From: a virus
Taxonomy: Duplodnaviria > Caudoviricetes
Length of the DNA: 64,000 bases
IMG/VR virus record: IMGVR_UViG_3300017965_000002
Coordinates: 7,254-71,253 of that record
Direction: 5' to 3' (one strand)
Part shown: in pieces, positions 1 through 7,275 of the stretch
Layout of the letters: each line of letters starts with the position of its first letter
Numbering within the stretch: position 1 is the stretch's first letter
The notes under the pieces: model-generated
Seen by the model: only the letters and a program-made list of their open reading frames with translations
The model's database searches: none
Told to the model about the DNA's origin: nothing
Translations under genes and position numbers: made by a program

Positions 1-177
1 GTACGGGACTTCTTTGAGAACCAGCTGCGTTGCGGCTTCAATAGGGATGCCCCAACCGCCGGAGATTACAAAGATCATTTTCTTGCGATCTTTGCGGAAC
101 TGCGCCCCGTTGATTGCCCAGCGGACAATCCCGGGGGCACAGAAGAGCGAAGTAGATCCTAGCGTGTACGTTTTCAT
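1..177 (-). CDS. hypothetical protein, partial (runs off left edge)
   Basis: ATG at 177 with GAAGGA RBS; frame MKTYTLGSTSLFCAPGIVRWAING... open to position 1. Confidence 0.55.
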   Translation of the reverse strand, partial: MKTYTLGSTSLFCAPGIVRWAINGAQFRKDRKKMIFVISGGWGIPIEAATQLVLKEVPY

Positions 178-250
178 GTTGTAGTCCTTCTCGTGCGATA
201 TTGCACGCTCAAGCACCACAACGGATTGTGGTGCTTGCACTTGCAATCCG

Positions 251-439
251 CTAGTCTTTCCTAGTGCCGTAGATTTCGTTAGTGAGCGCGATCCGGAGAT
301 CGTTCATCATCGCGCGGGTTTCCGCTATGAGCTCAGGGGTGATTTGCTTCCCTTCCTCAATGTCGGACAGTATGCGGTTAACAACCGTTGTGGTGATGTT
401 CGTGCCATACTTGGCAGCGTATGCTGAGATGCTTCGCAT
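251..439 (-). CDS. hypothetical protein
   Basis: 62 aa ORF; ATG directly follows the TAA of the upstream small ORF. Confidence 0.55.
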   Translation of the reverse strand: MRSISAYAAKYGTNITTTVVNRILSDIEEGKQITPELIAETRAMMNDLRIALTNEIYGTRKD

Positions 440-613
440 TTAAAGCTCCACGATTTTGGTTCTGCAGTCGCTTGGCGGCCAGTGCTGCTCAGCGAAAGCA
501 GCAGCGGCGGCGTAGGTTTCAAACGTTTTGATTTGCTCGGCGTTTCGCCCAGCGTTGCGTTCGTCATAAACGAACGTAGGTCCGAAGGACGAAAGTACAG
601 TGATCATCCACAT
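440..613 (-). CDS. hypothetical protein (57 aa, not in ORF track)
   Basis: Manual translation MWMITVLSSFGPTFVYDERNAGRNAEQIKTFETYAAAAAFAEQHWPPSDCRTKIVEL; tiles exactly between neighbours. Confidence 0.55.
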   Translation of the reverse strand: MWMITVLSSFGPTFVYDERNAGRNAEQIKTFETYAAAAAFAEQHWPPSDCRTKIVEL

Positions 614-614
614 G

Positions 615-797
615 CTACTTGCTCTCGTCCAAACGCAGCGCGAGGGTGACTTTGTTCATTGCTTCCTCGGCGGACAACAGCCCGTCAAGGTATTGCATAG
701 CAATGTCACTAACTTCGTTGATTTGGTTTTCAAGTGACTGCACTTGGACTGCCCATTGCTGGGCTTCTGCCCTCTCGAGGGGTGATTTAACTGTCAT
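615..797 (-). CDS. hypothetical protein
   Basis: Likely start MTVKSPLER at 797 after AAGG RBS; part of a tightly packed leftward gene chain. Confidence 0.55.
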   Translation of the reverse strand: MTVKSPLERAEAQQWAVQVQSLENQINEVSDIAMQYLDGLLSAEEAMNKVTLALRLDESK

Positions 798-801
798 CTG
801 C

Positions 802-987
802 TTAGCCTTTCTTTGCTGGTGGAATGAGCCGCACGAACTTAGTGTGGCTCGGGGTGTACTGGGCGTGAACGAACTTGGCACCACATGGGGCGTGTTCGGG
901 CTCATACAGACCCGCTGGACGCAGGGAATACCCCTGAGCCAGTAGCTGAATGATTTCCTTGCGTCCTATGGTTTGGTACTTTGTCAT
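802..987 (-). CDS. hypothetical protein
   Basis: Likely start MTKYQTIG at 987 with AAAAGGA RBS. Confidence 0.55.
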   Translation of the reverse strand: MTKYQTIGRKEIIQLLAQGYSLRPAGLYEPEHAPCGAKFVHAQYTPSHTKFVRLIPPAKKG

Positions 988-1476
988 TCCCGTCCTTTTG
1001 CGTGTTGGGTGTTCCCATCCAACCTGCGCAAAGCGCAGCTTAACACAGATTTTGGGAAGATGCAAGTGCCTAGGTGGGTAGAGGTGGATGAGGGTGTTCA
1101 AACGTGGGAGGGCGAGTTTGTGAGTAGGGTTGGTTACATTCGGATAATGCTGCGATGCAGCAACCTTTTATTTGGCAATTTTGGGGTGAAAAATTTAGGT
1201 TGATGTGTGCGAGAATTATTTTTCGCCGGGGGGGGGGGTTTAAGGGGGGAGTCATCTGGGAGTAAAAACGTGGGCCTCATGAGATGTGTAGAAGACCAGA
1301 TGAGGGGGTATAAGGCTCTTACTACTATTCTATATATTCTATTATATATTCTTTATATAGAACAACCACTTAGTATGGAAAAATCTGTATTCTTGCGACC
1401 TTTATCGCTATAATGTGCGAGTCTTTTGTCGTTTTCAATCGTTTATATCAGAAATAAACTTTTTTTATTTCGCCCC

Positions 1477-1505
1477 TTGCGCTCAACAAATTCTTATGCT
1501 AGGCT
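1477..1505 (+). promoter_or_regulatory. putative sigma70-type promoter
   Basis: TTGCGC-17 bp-TAGGCT with TG extension; points into the CGAGTT repeat array. Confidence 0.35.
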
Positions 1506-1510
1506 CTGTA

Positions 1511-1604
1511 CGAGTTAAGAGGTCGAGTTCAATGTTCCGGCCGAGTTGATGGTCGAGTTGACAGCCGAGTCTTTCTTCGGCTCGAGTTCTTAGCCGGTCG
1601 AGTT
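1511..1604. repeat. array of 7 short direct repeats CGAGT(T)
   Basis: CGAGTT at 1511, 1524, 1542, 1554, 1583, 1599 and CGAGTC at 1566. Confidence 0.75.
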
Positions 1605-1802
1605 CGAAGCCGGTTTGCTTTTCTGCTGCGCTGTTTGACATTGTGAAAGGTTACAGTCTGCCGCTGCCACGCGGCGAGATTGATGCTAGGGCCACCTATG
1701 GCGAGATTTATCCCAGACAGAGCGATGCATAGCCTCACGATGTAACATCCAGAGGCGCAAAGCAGCGGCTGAGATGAAACCGCCATTGTGGTGTTCACGC
1801 GA

Positions 1803-1972
1803 GCGCGCCGATATATAAGTATATGCGTCGGCCTCGAGAAAATCTTGATTTTCGATCTCGAAGGACTTCTTGAGAACTCCTTCTCAATTGAAATCAGTCA
1901 CCATCGAAGTCAGCAAATCCGCGCGCCTCCCTATATATACACATCCGCCTCCGCGCGCCGGCGTATATATAT
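1803..1972. repeat. three GCGCGCC...TATATA composite repeats
   Basis: GCGCGCCGATATATA (~1803), GCGCGCCTCCCTATATATA (~1921), GCGCGCCGGCGTATATATA (~1953). Confidence 0.6.
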
Positions 1973-2322
1973 TTTCGTTCTCGAGGCTCGAACCTCAAGA
2001 TCGACTTTCGGATCGGTACCGGCCTCGCGAGGCGGTGTCGCGAGAAAGTGACACGAAGATCGGACAACTCGATTTCGGGCGACAGCGACTTTCACGTGTC
2101 CGCTAGGCCCGACTCGAAATTTTGGCGAGAGGCGAACCGCTTCGGGGCTGCGGGCGGCGCGCCTCGGGCGTGGGTCGGGTGGCCGAAGCTTGAGAGCCGG
2201 GCTGTGCCTCGACTCGCCCGAAATCGACGTGCGTCGAGATGTGGGCCTTTGCCGACTGGTGTCGGAGATGGGCGACCGGCTTGGAGTCGGGAGCGATGCA
2301 AGACACGCTTGTCAGCCATACC

Positions 2323-2351
2323 TTGACATTCACCTGAAAATATCGCATGGT
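2323..2351 (+). promoter_or_regulatory. putative sigma70-type promoter
   Basis: TTGACA-17 bp-CATGGT upstream of the ORF at 2391. Confidence 0.45.
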
Positions 2352-2390
2352 GCGCGTGCCGGCGCACCGCCGGTTTCAAAGGGGTTGCAA

Positions 2391-2552
2391 ATGAGCGACA
2401 AAGTGAAAAAAGTTGAACTGTTGATTTCGGGCGACACCATTTTCGTGCGGCTAGACGACGACTGTGTCGCCGAAATCGAAAAGGCGAAGTGCGAGGTGCA
2501 ATTCGGCGACGGGGTGACGCAAGTTGTCATTTCGACGACGGCAACCGATTAG
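2391..2552 (+). CDS. hypothetical protein (53 aa)
   Basis: MSDKVKKVELLISGDTIFVRLDDD...; AAAGGGG RBS, promoter upstream, hairpin downstream. Confidence 0.55.
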   Translation: MSDKVKKVELLISGDTIFVRLDDDCVAEIEKAKCEVQFGDGVTQVVISTTATD

Positions 2553-2563
2553 CCGCTAGTCAC

Positions 2564-2591
2564 AAAAAAGCGACCCCCTTTCGGGGGTCGC
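2564..2591 (-). terminator. intrinsic terminator
   Basis: Perfect 9-bp stem GCGACCCCC/GGGGGTCGC with A6 on + strand (U6 on -). Confidence 0.75.
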
Positions 2592-2608
2592 CGGTTTGCC
2601 GCGAGGGA

Positions 2609-2926
2609 TTATCGGTTGTCAGCGGCCTCGCAGAACTCTTGCTGAACGGCTTCCAATTCCCCGTCGGTGGAGTTCGTTGCTCCGTAGGCGTCGCCGAGTC
2701 GCCGAAGGACGACGTTGTAGATTCGCCGCTCTTTCTTGCGGAGCCGCCGCCGAGCGGCAACCGTCTCTTCGAACGGGTTGAACTCCGTGCAGACATCGGC
2801 GACAACCGCCGCCTGCACTCGGTTCGGCGCAGCGAACAGGGCGAGCACCGCTCGATCCACAAGCGGCTCCGCTGCCGCCGGCAGAGTGCCGGCGAACAGC
2901 GCGAGGGCGACCAGGGTGCGCTTCAC
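2609..2926 (-). CDS. hypothetical secreted protein
   Basis: GTG start gives signal-peptide-like MKRTLVALALFAGTLPAAA; terminator follows. Confidence 0.55.
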   Translation of the reverse strand: MKRTLVALALFAGTLPAAAEPLVDRAVLALFAAPNRVQAAVVADVCTEFNPFEETVAARRRLRKKERRIYNVVLRRLGDAYGATNSTDGELEAVQQEFCEAADNR

Positions 2927-3082
2927 TTGCGCACCCAATCGAAGACAACTCGGTAACCGAACTCGGTCATCAGCAGCTGAAGCTGAACCGCTTGCGGCCA
3001 GCTGGTGCAAGTGAACATGCACCGGCCGGTTTCGAGGTTGATAAGTTTGACGCGCATGACGTGTACTTTCTGTTGAGAGGTG

Positions 3083-3112
3083 AAAAATGGGGGTTGCCGG
3101 TTGGCAACCCCC
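3083..3112 (-). terminator. intrinsic terminator
   Basis: GGGGGTTGCC/GGCAACCCCC perfect stem with A5 tract on + strand. Confidence 0.7.
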
Positions 3113-3119
3113 TTGTCGC

Positions 3120-3491
3120 TTACTTGCGACCGTGGTACTTTCTCCAGGCGTAGAATTCCTGGCTGGCGTTAGACACGTTCCAGTTGTGCTCTACGGCGTG
3201 GGCACGGAGCGCGGCGACTGTGGGGTGAGCCCCTGACGCGAGTAAGTTGTCACAGGCATTCCACACTTGCCAGCACTTGCCCCCCTCTCTGGGGTACTTT
3301 TTGACTTTGGCGGGGGCAGCGGGTGGGGCAACAATGGGACCCAACGCCTCCGTGTCCGAATCCGTGGGGGCAACTTCCGCAACAACTTCCGCGGCGGGGG
3401 CCTCAACGGCAGAGACAACTTGCGCAACATCCGACTCAACGACGGGGGCTGACGCAGCGACAGACTGAGACTTACGTGACTTTTTAGACAT
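3120..3491 (-). CDS. Ala/Pro-rich N-terminus plus helical putative DNA-binding domain; paralogue of 53844-54425
   Basis: C-terminal P..GGKC...W...D.L...P..A.LRA...N..N...E...WRKYHG shared with the 53844 ORF. Confidence 0.7.
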   Translation of the reverse strand: MSKKSRKSQSVAASAPVVESDVAQVVSAVEAPAAEVVAEVAPTDSDTEALGPIVAPPAAPAKVKKYPREGGKCWQVWNACDNLLASGAHPTVAALRAHAVEHNWNVSNASQEFYAWRKYHGRK

Positions 3492-3795
3492 AACTAGCCT
3501 ACTTTCTTTTTTTAGGCGTGAAACACGCTAGCGGCGCTAGCGCGACAGAAGCACTTGCTTCCATGCCTAAACTTGTAAGGCAAAAAGCGGGCGGATGCAC
3601 ATGTTATTTTTGCATAGCAGCTATGCAGATGGACCCCCCGGGGTGACAACTAAACCGCGTCCGGCAGTTGTCGCCGGCGGCGTACCACATTCGAGCCTTC
3701 CCAAAAAACCATTCGGTCATCTAAAACCGACTTAAAATCTCAGATCGAGCGTTTTACGAAATCTGGTTCTCTCATCACAAACGGGGCACACCACA

Positions 3796-4284
3796 ATGGA
3801 CTACCTTATCTTACGTTGCCACCCACGCGATACCCTTCCCCTCCAAGCTGCCCACCCCAAACTCGAACTCCTCTGCCCCACTACGACTCTCCAAGTCCGC
3901 CGTGGTCCATCCCGCCAACGTACTACCCTCACCATCCCCATTCTCCCCTCCTTCCTCTTCTTCCCTCTCCCCAACCAACTCCCTTCCCGCCTTCCCTCCC
4001 GTCTCCACCTTATGAAACGCCCTTTCTCCCACTCCGTTTACGCCACATGCACCCTTAACGAAATCTCTGTCATGGTTACACATTACAGCACTCTTACCCC
4101 TAACACAGACTCCCCTTTCACCCCAGGCTCCAAAGTTAGAGTTACTGATGGCCTCCTTTGTGGCGTAACTGGAACCATTACGAATATTAGGACAAACGGA
4201 GATATCACATTGAAAATCCAAGAACATTTAGGATGGCAAATTAATACTTGCATCGTAAATGCTTCTGTGTTACGCTGCCTTTAG
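3796..4284 (+). CDS. NusG-family transcription regulator (NGN + KOW), probable late antiterminator
   Basis: NGN-like PILPSFLF motif and KOW motif FTPGSKVRVTDGLLCGVTGTI; first gene of the rightward operon. Confidence 0.8.
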   Translation: MDYLILRCHPRDTLPLQAAHPKLELLCPTTTLQVRRGPSRQRTTLTIPILPSFLFFPLPNQLPSRLPSRLHLMKRPFSHSVYATCTLNEISVMVTHYSTLTPNTDSPFTPGSKVRVTDGLLCGVTGTITNIRTNGDITLKIQEHLGWQINTCIVNASVLRCL

Positions 4285-4485
4285 TAGCTCTAGCGTCATG
4301 CTTTGTAGTAACTGACTTGCGGTGAGTAGTGGATTTGTTCACACACCGCTTAGCTTCCGGATCTCTGCATCCCCGATTCCCTGATGCAGTCATTCGGAAG
4401 CACAGTTAAAGTCGTGCCTTCTTCCCTCCGGTGGATAGTACGACTTTAGTAACTGGGTTTGGCGACTCCCGTCTACCTACCCAGC

Positions 4486-4527
4486 GCGGGGACGGACTTC
4501 TACTCCGTTGGACGTCCCCGCATTTTT
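4486..4527 (+). terminator. terminator-like hairpin
   Basis: GCGGGGACG/CGTCCCCGC 9-bp stem followed by ATTTTT. Confidence 0.55.
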
Positions 4528-4570
4528 CTCCATGCTCAGACTACGCCTACTCGACAGCGACCCGCGCCTT

Positions 4571-4612
4571 AAGACTGCCTTTGACCTCCCCCGGTTCTAG
4601 GCAGTCTTTTTT
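4571..4612 (+). terminator. strong intrinsic terminator just upstream of terS
   Basis: AAGACTGCCT/AGGCAGTCTT 10-bp perfect stem running into T7. Confidence 0.75.
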
Positions 4613-4629
4613 TGTGACTATATATCAGT

Positions 4630-5061
4630 ATGAACACGCAAGTTTACATCCCTCCCGTTAATCTGACTGCTGAGCTACAAAAGGCTCATCTTCAGAACAC
4701 ACTCACTGCTGATCAACATGCTGATTTGCGTACCCTTATATTAGATGCAGCGGCAGCGATTGGTTTTGATGGTAATGGGAGAGAGGGTCTTCTTGGCTAT
4801 CTGAAGTACGCTGCGAGCACCTATCCTAAGCAGTACATGGCGCTGATCTCTAAGGTGATGCCTCTCCAGGTTGATTCCAAATCTACCATTAACGTGATCG
4901 AGCATGTGAATATCGTTAGCGTTCCCGCTGATAGATATATGCCACCACAATCCACTACCCAAGGTCCTACGATTGATCACGTCCCCACTCCCGAATCCGT
5001 TCAGACGATTGAGGATCTCCTCAAAAATCCTACCCCTGTGAAACTTGACGAAACCGCTTGA
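4630..5061 (+). CDS. probable terminase small subunit
   Basis: GFDGNGREGLLGYLK..A...P..Y..L..KV.PLQV motif typical of alphaproteobacterial phage TerS-like proteins; upstream of TerL. Confidence 0.55.
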   Translation: MNTQVYIPPVNLTAELQKAHLQNTLTADQHADLRTLILDAAAAIGFDGNGREGLLGYLKYAASTYPKQYMALISKVMPLQVDSKSTINVIEHVNIVSVPADRYMPPQSTTQGPTIDHVPTPESVQTIEDLLKNPTPVKLDETA

Positions 5062-5097
5062 CCCACACTTGACCCACAACAGAAGGACACACTACCG

Positions 5098-5853
5098 ATG
5101 AAGAAGCTATTGCTGGCGACTGCCCTTTCACTTGCGCTTGCCAGCGGCGCAATCCACAACGCGAAAGCCGACATTCTTGGTGGGATTGACTGGACTCTTG
5201 CTGGTGCTGATGTTCTGACTGTCAGTCCAACGGCGCCTGGACAGCAAGTCACGAACTTGCCCTGCTTGATTTGTGGTGCGAACCAACCACAGCAGCCTGC
5301 CAACTTTGGTTACAATTTGTTCGGGAACACGGGCAACCTGAGCACGGTTCCGTTCTTCTCGACGTCAGTTGTAGGCGGTTCGCTTGGTCCTGATGTGTAT
5401 GGGGGTGTGACGTCTGGTTATTCGATTGCTGCTGGTTCGCCCTTCCTCACTGCACTCGGTGGCAATCTGACGTTCTCCGTCGGCGTGGACAGCAACCAGG
5501 CTGGCGGCGATACTCAGGTGCTGGAATCGTTCTGGTTTTTGAACTTCACAACCCAGACTGTCCTGGCGGTGTTCAGTCCCGGTCCAGGTGGCTACAACAT
5601 CGACCCGCTCAACAATGGAACCGGGTTTCCTGATTATACAATCTCTGGCTTTGATCTATCCGGTGTCAACGTTGGGGACCAGATCGGCTTTTTCGCACGC
5701 ATTACCAATGCGAACGATGGACCCGACTCGTTCTTCTTGCTGCCACAAGCAGTTCCCGGCCCTCTGGTTGGAGCTGGTTTGCCTGGGATTGCTGCTGCCT
5801 TGATGGCGTTGTTTGGCTTCCATCGCCTCCGTCGGCGCCGTGCGCTTGCGTAA
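5098..5853 (+). CDS. secreted protein with PEP-CTERM/VPLPA-CTERM-like sorting signal
   Basis: Signal peptide MKKLLLATALSLALASGAIHNAKA; C-terminal AVPGPLVGAGLPG, hydrophobic helix, RLRRRR. Confidence 0.8.
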   Translation: MKKLLLATALSLALASGAIHNAKADILGGIDWTLAGADVLTVSPTAPGQQVTNLPCLICGANQPQQPANFGYNLFGNTGNLSTVPFFSTSVVGGSLGPDVYGGVTSGYSIAAGSPFLTALGGNLTFSVGVDSNQAGGDTQVLESFWFLNFTTQTVLAVFSPGPGGYNIDPLNNGTGFPDYTISGFDLSGVNVGDQIGFFARITNANDGPDSFFLLPQAVPGPLVGAGLPGIAAALMALFGFHRLRRRRALA

Positions 5854-6026
5854 ATGCGGCCTCTGCTCACCGAGGCTGAGAAAGCTGAACGCCGGCGGGC
5901 CTTACAAGTCCGCTGGCGTAAACGCCATCCTAACTACCACAAGCTCTGGCAGATAATGAATCGGGACTACGTCGCACAGAAGAAACGACTCTGGCGAGCA
6001 GAACGATATAGATTAGGGTTGCCAGT

Positions 6027-6242
6027 ATGAACGACAAGTTCGAGCAATACCAGCGTACTCAGATCGCAGAGATGCGGCCTTACGAAGAAGGCGAGAGTAT
6101 GCGTTCTATCAGTATCAGCGAGGCTGACGCCAATAATGGCTCGCCCAAGGCTGGTGATATGATTGCTCGCAACCCCAAGAACCATCACGATCAATGGTTG
6201 GTTGCGAAGCAATACTTCGAGGACAACTTCGAGCGAATCTAA
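6027..6242 (+). CDS. conserved phage hypothetical protein
   Basis: SPKAGDMIARNPKNHHDQWLVAKQYFEDNFE resembles a recurrent small phage family. Confidence 0.7.
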   Translation: MNDKFEQYQRTQIAEMRPYEEGESMRSISISEADANNGSPKAGDMIARNPKNHHDQWLVAKQYFEDNFERI

Positions 6243-6502
6243 TGAATTCAATGCCGCTTGAGAATCCGTCGCGCCGAATCGGTGCACCCCGTGAATGGGA
6301 TCATTCCCAAGCTGGTTTATGCCACACCCTGGAAGTGTGGGATCAAGATGGTTATATGATATCTGCATGGCAACCTAGTCCTTCCGAGTTGAAGCAGATA
6401 AATGAGGGTCACCCGATACTGTTATGGATATCTGGTACCGTTCATCCCGTAGTTAGCCTAACCGTTGCTAGTCCTACTGAAATAGAAGGAGATAAGCTAT
6501 GA
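6242..6502 (+). CDS. hypothetical protein
   Basis: TAATG-coupled start at 6242; SAWQPSPSELKQINEGHPILLWI motif. Confidence 0.65.
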   Translation: MNSMPLENPSRRIGAPREWDHSQAGLCHTLEVWDQDGYMISAWQPSPSELKQINEGHPILLWISGTVHPVVSLTVASPTEIEGDKL

Positions 6503-6963
6503 ATGCAAGACTCGCGCTTTGTTTGGTACTTCAAGAAATTGGTGGTCCTATCGATCCTGGCTTTGGAAACATTGGCGGGATTGGTGGGGGCCCTGGGATT
6601 GGCAATCAGTTGCCGTGGGGACCTGGTCATCCATCACAGGGACTCCCTGGACAAGGTGGACATCCCTCACAAGGACTGCCGGGTGGCGGACACATTAGCG
6701 GTCAGCCAATCCCCGGTGGTGGCTATCTGCCATCGCATCCGATCTATCGCCCGGACAAACCAACACCTCCGGGCCAGCCAACACCTGGCGCAGGCTTGTG
6801 GGTTGTGGCGTATCTGCCTGATAAGGGTCTGCACTGGGTTTCAATCACTCCTGGCGTTCCCGAGAAACCACAGCCGGTACCACCGGGCATTGACAACACG
6901 CTTCCGACTGTGCCAGTCAATCCCGACAATACGTTGCCTCCGACTGCAACACCTAAGGCCTAA
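6499..6963 (+). CDS. Gly/Pro-rich repeat protein
   Basis: GHPSQGLPG x2, IDNTLP/PDNTLP x2; ATGA coupled. Confidence 0.7.
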   Translation: MNARLALCLVLQEIGGPIDPGFGNIGGIGGGPGIGNQLPWGPGHPSQGLPGQGGHPSQGLPGGGHISGQPIPGGGYLPSHPIYRPDKPTPPGQPTPGAGLWVVAYLPDKGLHWVSITPGVPEKPQPVPPGIDNTLPTVPVNPDNTLPPTATPKA

Positions 6964-7256
6964 TGCGCTTTCGTCCTGGCGATATACCTGTAGGAGATCC
7001 AACCACTCCCAACACCCCCGTAGAGTGGACAGACAACTGGCTATCTAATTTGATGGCTTGGGTTTCCTACAGGTTCCTTTCTAAATGGTGCCAGAGCGAA
7101 GATCACTGGACGTCTCTTACTACCCAGTATCTGTTTACGGATTGTCCATGCTGTCTCCTGTTCAGAGGTATCACAGTTGGCTTAATAGTAGGCCTGGTGG
7201 TGTCTGGTTTGGTGTGTATCTTAGCTTTCTGGTTGCTCTGGTGGTCTGGACTTTAG
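6963..7256 (+). CDS. hypothetical membrane protein
   Basis: TAATG coupling; C-terminal hydrophobic helix preceded by CPCC. Confidence 0.55.
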   Translation: MRFRPGDIPVGDPTTPNTPVEWTDNWLSNLMAWVSYRFLSKWCQSEDHWTSLTTQYLFTDCPCCLLFRGITVGLIVGLVVSGLVCILAFWLLWWSGL

Positions 7257-7275
7257 CCTTCTACCTGATATTCGA

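Larger units (their letters stand above)
4319..4612 (+). ncRNA. structured leader / candidate ncRNA of tandem hairpins
   Basis: Hand-paired stems at 4319-4349, 4353-4401, 4403-4455, 4453-4484, 4486-4521, 4571-4607; no credible ORF. Confidence 0.55.

Noticed and set aside
1511-1604. CRISPR-like array
   Set aside because: Repeats are only 5-9 bp with 6-12 bp gaps; there is no 23-47 bp repeat/spacer structure and no cas operon.
1207-2379. ORFs of 60-95 aa in the central non-coding region
   Set aside because: Low-complexity Arg/Ser-rich translations on both strands without RBS; treated as non-coding.
4319-4612. tRNA or tmRNA gene
   Set aside because: Stems are serial, not cloverleaf; no TTC T-loop/D-loop pattern or CCA end found.
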